A stretch of DNA of 64,000 bases from Octopus vulgaris (taxonomy: Eukaryota). The stretch is taken from the NCBI GenBank assembly GCA_951406725.2, contig OX597829.1, positions 16,554,001 through 16,618,000 on the forward strand, written 5' to 3'. The notes below the pieces were generated by a model. The model was not told the DNA's origin and searched no databases. It saw only the letters and a list, made by a program, of their open reading frames with translations. Made by a program: the position numbers and the translations under genes. This document shows positions 50,704-64,000 of the stretch, in pieces. Every line of letters begins with the position of its first letter. Position 1 is the first letter of the stretch.

Positions 50704-51476
50704 CAGGATAATGCCAATGTTAATAGGAACTGTAAGCGCACTTGAATTCTAGACCGTTCGGAATTACAACCGTGTTTCGTGATCTGCTACCACAATAGCT
50801 CCTTTATAGGATCCAGTTAGCTCAAGACATCATCAGGAGGAACCACGTCCGGTTTCAGCCCCTACTCCTCTACCATTTTGACGTGCCCCCCTCCTTTCGG
50901 AGGTGTCTTCAGCTCTGGTGTTGGGTGAATGTCTTCTCTCTTCTTTCTTCTGTTCCTTGGCCTCTTCGATGTAGCGTCAGCGAGTGTCAGCCGGTGACTG
51001 ACTGACTTATCAAATTTTTCCCTTTAAATACCTGCTGCTAGGCTCCAGCAGACAGCCACAGCAAGTTGTCACGTGACACTGTCTCACCTTAACTGACAGC
51101 GTTGTGCTTTCTCAATGTAAAGTATGAGATAACCATGAAACATTGAAGAAAACAGACTGCGGCAATCGCTAAAACCCCAAGGATACTGTTCCATTTCTGT
51201 GAAAGAAAATAGGTATGTAACCTGCAACTGCCGACAAATGGTAAGCGATTACCTTCGAATGTGGAATGACCTTTTGCTAAATCAATATAAAATGTTATCC
51301 ATAGTGAGAAATGCCCGAGGTAGAAATATCAATAAAACTTTCCCACCGAAAATTTCATTACATCAAAAATGTCCCGAACTTATGGGAAAAATTTGAATTA
51401 TTAAAAACATATAGCAACTATATATAGTTACGTATATGATTTTTTAGTGTATGTGTGTATTTGTATATCATCATCA

Positions 51477-52826
51477 TCATCATCGTCTTCGTCGTTTAAC
51501 GTTCGCTTTCCATGCTGGCATGGGTTTGACGGTTTGACGGAGGGCTGGCAAGCCAGAAGCCCGCACCAGGCTCCAATCCGATCTGGCAAAGTTTCTACAG
51601 CTGGATGCCCTTCCTAACACCAACCACTCCGAGAGTGTAGTGGTTGTTTTTTACGTGCCACCGCCACGAGGGCCAGTTAGGTGGTACTAGCAACGACCAC
51701 GCTCGAATGGTGCTTTTTACGTGCCACCAGCACTGGTATCGACCATGCTCGAATGATGCTTTTTACGGATCATCGGCACGGGAGCCAGTCAGGCGGTACT
51801 GGCAATGATCACGCTCAAATGGTGCTTTTTACGTGCCACCGACACGGGTGCCAATCACGCGGTACTGTCATCGGCCACGACAACGACTTCACTTGCCTCA
51901 ACAGGACTTCGCAAGCGCAGTTTATTGCTCAATGATTGAGGAGCACTCTTAAATGGGCTGGTTATACTGCATTGACATAGGGCACGGTTAAAGTCTCACT
52001 TGGCTTGCTGGGTCTTCTCAAGCAAAGCATATCTTCAAAGGTCTCGGTCACTTGTCATCGCCTCCGTGAGACCCAATAATCGATGGTCATGCTTCACCAC
52101 CTCATCCCAGGTTTTCCTGGGTCTACCACTTCTACAGGTAACCTCTACTGCTAGGGTGTGACACTTTTTCACACAGCTGTCCTTATCCTACGCAACACAT
52201 GACCATACCAGCGCAGTCATCTCTCTTGCACACCACATCTGATGCTTCTTATGTCCAACTTTTCTCTCAAGGTAGTTACACTCTGTCGAGTATGTACAGT
52301 GACATTACACATCCAGCGGAGCATACTGGCTTCATTCCTTGTGAGCTTACGCATGTCCTCATCAGTCCCAGCCCATGTTTCACTGCCATGTAGCATAGCT
52401 GCTCACACACATGCATCATACAGTCTATCTTTTACTCTGAATGAGAGGCCCTTTGTCACCAGCAATGGTAGGAACTCTCTGAACTTTGCCCAGGCTATTC
52501 TTATTCTAGTAGCTACACTATCAGAGCATCCACCCCCGCTACTAACTTGGTCACCTAGGTAACAGAAGCTATCAACTACTTCTAGTTTTTCTCCCTGGAA
52601 TGTGGCAGTAGTTGTTCTCTGCACATTTTCAGTATTTATTACCCCTGAGCATTTGCCATGCACAAAAACTATCTTCCCAGTTAGTCTTCCTTTGATATTG
52701 CTGCACCTTTTATGTGTTTTATGTGTCCATAGCTTATATCGGGTACATCTTAAGAAGTTTCTACCTTCGCTTTTTCTACAGATCAAGCAGAGCCATCTAC
52801 CTGAAGGGATTTGTGGTTTGTCGGCC
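51477..52826 (-). mobile_element. RTE-clade LINE, 5'-truncated, with (GAT)n tail
   Basis: GEKLEVVDSFCYLGDQVSSGGGCSDSVATRIRIAWAKFREFLPLL...RLYDACV; 3' UTR carries tandem ggtgctttttacgtgccac units (51640-51870). Confidence 0.88.
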
Positions 52827-53302
52827 GAGCAAAAACGACTTCATTTATTATACACACAGCTAGCTACACCACACAAAGATGGTTCCCACCAACAAGCAAA
52901 CATCACAACATTCGTGACCAATCACACTTGCAACATAGTATTTTAGCTGTAAAATAAGAATTGACCTCGTTTTAGTTATAAAAGGCACCAATGAACGTGG
53001 CTCCGTTGAAAGGTATTGATGGTATATGTTTACGAATATTAATGATCAAATTCTGAGTTTCATGACGGAGATTGTATAGAAGTTACTCGGATGGATCATC
53101 TTGGTTCCATCTTGGTCATATATTTTGTGACTCTGATTCTAACTGGCACTCCCTTTAAGAGTTCACCTGTGTGTTGAAAACCAGACGCTTACATGAAAAT
53201 TTGATGAACTAGACATTTCCTTAGGGAACAATTCAATACTGACCGTCGAAACGGACGGAGACTCTACCTTCTTTTAAATAACTTGCCGTTTTTAAAATTG
53301 TG

Positions 53303-53712
53303 GGATCTTTTCGGTTTGACCGGCAGTTTTTTAAAATAATTTCCACGTAACTAAACACTTTTAAACTTCGTATACTGGTAGAATGTGTTTATAAAACATC
53401 TTTTTCTCTTGGCTTTATTGAGAAAATTCTATAGTTTGTATGATATTTGTTGGGTTTTTTTTCTTCAATTTCTGTAATTTCAACCAATCAATGACGTCTA
53501 TTGAGATGAAAACATTCTGTGCCGTATGAATATGTCCCTCGTTTAAGAAACATTGGGTTTATTTACATTTCTGAAGAAAAAAAGATACCTTTTTCCCCAC
53601 CCATAACCCTAAAACAGATTGAAATGCAATAGATCGATACTAGGGTCATAATTATGGGGGACAATTTCATATGACACCGCTAGAAAAACTGCCGGTCAAA
53701 CCGAAAAGATCC
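53303..53712. mobile_element. MITE family M, complete copy
   Basis: TIRs ggatcttttcggtttgaccggcagttttt / aaaaactgccggtcaaaccgaaaagatcc; perfect 8-bp TSD aaattgtg at 53295-53302 and 53713-53720. Confidence 0.95.
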
Positions 53713-54135
53713 AAATTGTGCGCCATTACCTTGGCCTCCATGTTTCTATTTTTCAAATAATGGTTATATTGTCATTCCTAATAATTGCTTAATATTATCA
53801 AAGCAAAGCTCGTTATAATAATACTTTCAGTAACTTCTGCTTACTATACAACAAATTCCACGTCCTATTTTTGTTATCCTCCGAATGTTGACAGGGAGAA
53901 ATTCCGAGTAACAGGTTCTAATAAAATGCATACTCGTACTTGATTTGTGAGCGCTTCATTTATTTCTCTTGTTTGCACACTAAATTCTTGCGCGCGCGCG
54001 CGTGCGTATGTACACACACGCAGACACACACACATTCATAGACACATATATACATACAAACATATATTGATACATGCATACACACTCACATACACGCACA
54101 TGCAAACAAAAAAAACATGTAAATATATATATATT

Positions 54136-54253
<118 letters not shown>

Positions 54254-54254
54254 C

Positions 54255-56272
<2,018 letters not shown>

Positions 56273-56283
56273 CTGGCTGGATA

Positions 56284-56330
<47 letters not shown>

Positions 56331-56402
56331 TCACACACACTCACACTCACACATACACACACACACACACACGCACACATATATATGTATATATATATAT
56401 AT

Positions 56403-56476
<74 letters not shown>

Positions 56477-57056
56477 GGATAGCTATGCGATATGTGAATC
56501 CATCCATTTTTTTTTTTTTACATTAAAACGATTTAGTTTGCTTAATCGTTCAAAGAGTTCTTTTTGGAAAAAGCAGAGAACAAGAGAGAAAGAGCCCACC
56601 ATCACCACACCTTATCCAGATTTCCCTCCGCTTCCTCCGCCTCCTCTTCCAATTCTCCACCGCCAAAAAAAAAAAAAAAGAAAGAAAAAGAAAAGTAAGC
56701 GAGAACGAAAAGTAAATTGAGAACGACTAAAGAAAGCAAAGAAATTAGGGGAGTTTAGGTCAAATGCACTGATTTTATTATTCACTTTCCAAATTACATA
56801 CAAAGGGATATTCTTGATGTTTTCAACTTATGAGGAAAGTTTGTTTTTTTATTGTTTGTTGATTTATTTATTTATTTATTTATTTATTTATTGTTGCTTT
56901 CATTCTCTTACAGAATTGAATGATGGTAAAGGGGAAAGCGGTTTGAATGAAAGAAAATGAAATACATTTATTGAGGAGTAAAGATTGAGTTTCATTAAGA
57001 AAAATTCTTAGATGAATTCATAAAAAAAGTAACATCAAACAAGAAAAAAATTAATA

Positions 57057-57123
<67 letters not shown>

Positions 57124-57477
57124 TGTATGTATGTATGTATGTATATCAGAAGAAATGGTGACATTATCGTCCCAGTTCCCTCATCTCTCTTCTAACTGAT
57201 CCACCACGGTTAACAACAAACGCAAATTATAAAATAGTGTTTCAAAATGAATACAAAAAAAAACAAAGAAATGATTACTAAAATAACGACAATATATGTA
57301 TGTGTATGAGAGCGTGCGAGTGTATATGTTTGTTATACACACACACACACACACAAACATTTGTTCAGCTGTGTAAATCTTTATCTCTGTATGTATGTAT
57401 CTATCTTATTATATATTTGTCTGTCTGTCTATCTATCTATCCATCTGTGTGCAGCTGTGTGGCTAATAAAGAAACAT

Positions 57478-57498
57478 ATCTATCTATCTATCTATCTA

Positions 57499-57542
<44 letters not shown>

Positions 57543-57550
57543 CATGTCTG

Positions 57551-57638
<88 letters not shown>

Positions 57639-57642
57639 CCTG

Positions 57643-57693
<51 letters not shown>

Positions 57694-57704
57694 ACATGTC
57701 TGTC

Positions 57705-57756
<52 letters not shown>

Positions 57757-57775
57757 GTCTGTCTATCTATCTATC
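57478..57775. repeat. (CTAT)n/(CT)n compound microsatellite with a higher-order duplication
   Basis: Pattern ctatctacctg-(ct)n-atctacatgtctgtc occurs twice. Confidence 0.9.
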
Positions 57776-58016
57776 GCCTTGTCTATCGAGCTACATATCT
57801 TTCTATTCACCTACCTATCAACGTATTTCTCTCCATTCTCACCCCTTTATATATATATCTGTATGTGTGTTTTTATGTACTTATATACGTATGTATATGT
57901 GTATATAGGCAAAAGCATATACAATTATATATTTGTATGGGGGGGGTACTGGTAAAGTGCATGACGTGAAATTATTCAAGCCTGTATGACTACACGTTTA
58001 AACAGATCCTCAAATC

Positions 58017-58245
58017 TACGAGGTGCGTTCAAAACGTATCCGACTTCATTTTTTCCCGCCAAAATTAACGCCGCGAATGCAAAATCCTTTGGGTGGAAGA
58101 TGACGTTACCTTTCCTACGCATGCGTAATTGGTGATGAAGTGGGAATGAGCACATAACCAGTGCATTCCATTTAAAGGAGGATTTGTGAATGCGGAAAGT
58201 GTCGGCGTGATTCGTTCCCAGGGTGCTGGCGAGGCAGCAGAAGCA
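58017..58245 (+). mobile_element. Mariner-like left end
   Basis: TA-cgaggtgcgttcaaaacgtatccgact resembles mariner TIRs; no right end found. Confidence 0.45.
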
Positions 58246-58267
58246 GTGGAGGCGCAATGGAAAAAGA

Positions 58268-58466
58268 AGTGTCCAATTCTTTCTTGAAGACAACCACATT
58301 CACATTCTGCTCTGTAGGTTTCTTAATTTTAATTGAAGAATTACAGGCCTTTGAAGCCCAATCTATTGCAGTACTTGGTATCCACTTTAGTTGGAGCAGA
58401 TTGTTCTACGCGATGGCCATCAATACAGGAATTTGTGTAACATCTAATGCCGAAGCTATGTGCTAA
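58268..58466 (-). pseudogene. Possible CR1/L2-type LINE C-terminal remnant
   Basis: Minus TKVDTKYCNRLGFKG ... VNVVVFKKELD. Confidence 0.4.
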
Positions 58467-58593
58467 ATTCCTCCCAGAATTTTCTACATATAAATTATTT
58501 CAGATCTCAAATCGATTTAGAGAGTGAAGTTCATTTTTAGCTACTCCCTGTCGTTCATCTGTTACACTGCGGTAATCGTTTTAATGTGACACC

Positions 58594-58634
<41 letters not shown>

Positions 58635-58733
58635 GGTCCCGGGTTGAGTCGGGGTTAACCACAGTAAATAAGGTACTCAATACATGGCAGAGTAAATTTA
58701 TTTATTTTATAGAAGGAGCTTCAGAAGCTCCTT

Positions 58734-58797
<64 letters not shown>

Positions 58798-58981
58798 TAT
58801 TTATAAAATGAGATAGGGGTTGTAAATTCAACCCTCCATGGGATAAGATAACATATATCCAATATACTGCTAGAGAAGTACCCAACAAAGCTAATACATA
58901 AATGTTAAAAATTGCGATGCAATTAATTCATCTACTGTATTATGTGGGCAAAGGTAAAAATATTTTTACCGTAAATTAATA

Positions 58982-59295
58982 ATACAAAATTAGAAAATGG
59001 AGAAATATATCTAAATCAATCATCAACCATCAGATAATACCCAATCAATACTTTATTAAACCATTACACAATAGCAATGATGTTATACATTAATATAGTA
59101 CAAATATAACAAGACATAGAAATAGAAATAGAAATACATTTACATAGTAGCTGACAGCTGTTTCATGTCTTGTTATATTTGTACTATATTAATGTATAAC
59201 ATCATTGCTATTGTGTAATGGTTTAATAAAGTATTGATTGGGTATTATCTGATGGTTGATGATTGATTCAGATATATTTCTCCATTTTCTCATTT

Positions 59296-59300
<5 letters not shown>
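58982..59300. repeat. Near-perfect inverted repeat, 136-bp arms
   Basis: 58982-59117 = revcomp of 59165-59300 with about two mismatches. Confidence 0.92.
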
Positions 59301-59374
<74 letters not shown>

Positions 59375-59469
59375 GTATATATGTATGTAGGTATGTATGT
59401 ATGTGTGTCTCTATCAGTTTATATATGTATGTATATCATACGTATGTATACACACACATATATACTCTT

Positions 59470-59684
59470 ACTCTTTTACTTGTTTCAGTCATTTGACTGT
59501 GGCCATGCTGGAGCACCGCTTTTAGTCGAGCAAATCGACCCAGGACTTATTCTTTGTAAGCCTAGTACTTATTCAATCGGTCTGTTTTGCCGAACCGCTA
59601 AGTTACGGTGACGTAAACACAGCAGCATCGGTTGTCAAGTGATGTTGGGGGGACAAACACAGACACATAAACATATACACACAC

Positions 59685-59749
<65 letters not shown>

Positions 59750-59912
59750 TACGACGGGCTTCTTTCAGTTTCCGTCTACCAAATCCACTCACAAGGCTTT
59801 GGTCGGCCCGGGGCTATAGCAGAAGACAATTGCCCAAGGTGCCACGCAGTGGGACTGAACACGGAACCATGTGGTTGGTAAACAAGCTACTTACTACACA
59901 GCCACTCCTACG

Positions 59913-59915
<3 letters not shown>
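59470..59915 (-). mobile_element. SINE family C, full length
   Basis: Minus head aggcgtaggagtggctgtgtagtaag...gttcagtccc, CORE-like ggcaccttgggcaa, internal (TA)n, 3' end gaaacaagtaaaagagt. Confidence 0.9.
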
Positions 59916-59961
<46 letters not shown>

Positions 59962-60661
59962 GTATGTCTGTTTGTGTGCTTGTGTGTGTGTATGTGTGTG
60001 AGTATGTGTGTGCTTTTCGTGGACATTTTTTTCCTTCTCCGGACCTTTCCTTTCTCCTCTAGCTGACGAAGGTCCATGATGGAAACATTATACACCCACT
60101 CTTTTTTCCATTTTATACTGAGCGTCAACCTTATACATTCCATGTGTGTGTATTTTTTACTCTTGTTTGGCTATTTGTTATTTTTAATTTTCGATTTGCT
60201 TATATGTGTACATACACATAAACGTTCACGCACACACACATATACACACATGAACACATGAACACGCACAAGCATATGCATACGTACAAGAATGCACACA
60301 TGCTTACACAAATTTATAAATATACATCCAGAATATATGTAATAGTTTGTACGTATATTTTTATGTGTGTACAAGTGTGTGTATATAAGTGTGACATAGC
60401 ACGTGATGTAGTCTCAACACATAACACTGATGTTTATCCATTCCTCTGGAAGTGTCGAATGCACGTCGATGCGTGTGAATATATACATATATATCTGACG
60501 GTATTGGCCAGACTATTGGATATCGTTATGCATCGCTGGTCACAATGCGCTTAGCATCATTTTATCTTTCGAATGACGCCACCTTGCTAACTAGGCGAGC
60601 AGGCCAACATTCATCCTGACTAGAAGGCCATCCTGTCGCCGCTAGGTAACCCATTTATGCA

Positions 60662-60708
<47 letters not shown>

Positions 60709-61718
60709 AAAAAACAAAAACGATAGGTGCATTAGTATAACAGATGCATTAGTATAACGCTCGAGAAGTGAAAAAGTCTTTAACGTTTCCCTGAGTCTCC
60801 CAGCAAATGAGTTTTGTTTCCTGGTTTTTTCTTTTCCAGGTTATTTTGCATACTTTCAAAGAATGTGACATCGAAATCACGCTTGAACGGCTCCTTTCCC
60901 CAGAAAAGGAAAGATTTGGCTGCTATTTCTTGCATGCCCTGCTACCACGTAACAGGTGTTTCGGGTCCTATATCGCAAATAGCTGTTACGTAGTAGCAGG
61001 GCGTGTTAGAAATAGCAGCTAAATCTTTGGAGGTGAGATATTTTGAATGCACTCGAAAAAACCTATGGAAAAAAAAAACTCTTTACACCAAGGTTACAAT
61101 CGGGTCTCTTACGAAATTTTCCCCATATTTTTAACGTTATTTTCACTTTGAAATATTTTTTGAATATGTCAAAAATATTTTTTGCAATGGTATTCATTTA
61201 AAAATAACTTTAAAAAAACATTAAAATAGTATCTGTTTAAATAAAGCTAAAATATAAATACATACTGTACAAACAACTCACATTTCTGAAATCACATTCA
61301 CTTACAAATATTTCTAAATGATTAAAATATTGTGTTTAACTAAAGTGAAAATAGAAACATTTACTGTAAAAAAAAATCGTATTTTTTCATCGTAAAATCA
61401 CAGTCTAATTGAAATGTTAGAGTTTCTTCCCTTTCAGGATGAAGTTATACTCGGAACATTTTCCCATTATGCCCCGTTTTTGGGTATTTAAAGCCTCAAA
61501 CCCCGAATATCCCAATAACTACTGCTCCTATTTACGCGAAACTTGTTTCATTCCGTTCGCATTAACATTTCAGAGTAAACTTAGTTCATAGTATTTTCCC
61601 CATTCTGCGGCAGTGTTGGCTGGATAACATTGCCAGCAAGCAAGCAAGATTCAAACTTACTTTTAATGTATTTTAGATATATGCATGTGTGTGTGTATAT
61701 AAGTTGTATAATGCTGTA

Positions 61719-61769
<51 letters not shown>

Positions 61770-61770
61770 G

Positions 61771-61842
<72 letters not shown>

Positions 61843-62181
61843 TACAGCATTAGGATCTCTGGAAGATGACCAAGGAGAGGAACATGAAATTCTTGGAACT
61901 GTGATCCTGCACTTGAAACATAAGCATTCGCATCGAACTTTTATATTTGTGTGTGTGTTGCACGAAAAATTCTTTACTTCTTCATACAAGAAGCGGCTGC
62001 ACGCCATGGAAACTCTACATTAAAAGGTATAAATAAATAACTCTATGAAGCGACTTAAATAGATTTTAAAAAATACTGCACAGCAACGTTTGCATTGAGT
62101 CCTTCTTTTTCGGATCGCCACTCCGCAACCTGCATAAGAGTATGTGTGCGTACGCAGGACTGTGTGGATATTTGAGAATGA

Positions 62182-62230
<49 letters not shown>

Positions 62231-62391
62231 AGTAACAGAAGTAAGACGGTCTTCGGAGAGAACTATAGCAATTTTAGACACAACTGTCATGTAAGCGACT
62301 TAAGAGGCTGAACCTAGAATAATGATGTCTTTTATACAAGAGTTCGGATTTCTATTTTTTAATGCACGTCAGTTAATTGAAAATGACATGA

Positions 62392-62805
62392 ACATACATA
62401 CATACATACATACATACATACATACATACATACATACATACATACATACATTCATACATATATACATACGTACATACATGCATACATACATACACACATA
62501 CATATAAGAATACATACATACACACATACATACATACATAAATACATACATTCATACATACATATATACATACGTACATACATATGTATGCATATGTACG
62601 TATATATATGTATGTATGTAAGTATATGTGTGTGTTTATATATACATACCTACATATTTATATATATATATATATATATATTCACACATACATATATACA
62701 TATATAAAATTCACACTCATATATACATACGTACACACACACACACACACAAATACACAGATATATGTATACCTACATACGCACACTTACGTATATGTAT
62801 ATATA
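62392..62805. repeat. (TACA)n/(TA)n degenerate microsatellite array
   Basis: Directly visible. Confidence 0.9.
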
Positions 62806-64000
62806 TATGGATTGATTGTTCCTAGTCGGGATGTATATATTTTTTTTTTCAGAAGAAGGTGGCGGAATGGAATAAACAAAGAAAACGAAAAAGAGGGCAA
62901 AAAAACAAAATTTTTATGCTAGCTGAATAAACTAGGAAAGTGAGATGAAGTTAAGTTGTCAAAATAATAGCATTCGTTGACAGAGAGAGATAAAACAAGA
63001 CCAAGGTGTAACCCGCGTCACATCACCAACCGACCCTAAACCTTAGCTAACCAATCTCACTCTCTCCACCACCACCTCAACCACCGTCACCACCAGCAGC
63101 ACAATCACCACAACAACCACCACAAACACCACCATCATCGTATAAAAGGAGTTAAAACAATGTGTATTTATGTGTATTTAAACAAAATTTAGTCCTGACA
63201 TTTTTATCTCGGTAGCCATTTTAGTATTATTTCTACTTCGTCTGCAATCTTTTTACGTTAAGATTTTTACGCGTTACATCTTGATAAAAACCACAGAGAC
63301 AATAAAAAAATTTTATTGGTTATTATTGCCCTTGTTGTTTGTTGTTTTTTGCTTTTTTATATTGTTTTCATGTTTTTCCCTACAATTAAGGTTCTTTCAA
63401 TTTTTTTCTTTTTCTTTTTATTTAAAAAAAGAATTTTTTTTCTTTCCATTATTAAGGGTCGATTCTGAGAATCTTTCACTTGTCCGTTCCATGCTGGGAA
63501 TTTTCGAAACAAAGACGCACACAAAAAAGGAATGGGATGGGATGGGACAGGGAGAAGGGAAGAATGAAACAATCCCCGCCGCCGCCACCGTCACCACCAC
63601 CACCGTCACCACCACCACCACCACACATAAAATAAAACAAAAACATAAATAAATAAATATAACGAAGATATAAATAAATAAATGAAGATAAATAAAGATA
63701 AATGGTGGAGCTAATGAAAACAATTCTTTGCTTTAAAATAGAAGTCTACTTTGGCAAAACATTGGAATATTACTGTTGCTAAACAAAAGTTTTTACGGTT
63801 ATTTATGAGTAGATTCTAAAAGGTAGCAGATTTCGAAAAACCAACGGGCAAATAATCACACAGACACACGAACACACACGCACACGACTGAAAATTTATA
63901 CGCAAAATAGTACATAATCGACACACATATGAACGCAAAGATATATACAGATATCAATTAAATATATATATATATACATACACACACACACACACACGTG

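Overview
Eukaryotic, AT-rich, almost entirely repeat-derived DNA. The extreme microsatellite load ((TA)n, (CA)n, (TACA)n, (GATA)n, (TAA)n, (GAT)n) and the SINE/LINE complement suggest a cephalopod (octopus-like) genome; that assignment is an inference. I find no supportable host protein-coding gene, and most listed ORFs are microsatellite artefacts. The window holds decayed retroelements (Gypsy integrase, several L1/Tx1, RTE, R4/Dong, a possible CR1/L2 end, two Penelope-like GIY-YIG elements), four tRNA-derived SINE families, a TAA-associated ~560-nt retroposon, a MITE family with GG-starting TIRs and 8-bp TSDs, non-autonomous Helitrons and mariner remnants. The most interesting signals are: (i) several minimal type I hammerhead ribozyme motifs, including a five-copy non-canonical CUGUNGAA-core variant and a canonical one inside a ~430-nt unit preceded by an inverted, circularly permuted copy of itself; (ii) repeated fold-back inversions at Penelope-type insertions; (iii) a SINE that inserts as head-less multimers and shares its 3' tail with Tx1 LINEs; (iv) a SINE head carrying three different tails. 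All alignments and folds were done by eye and boundaries are approximate unless TSDs are quoted.
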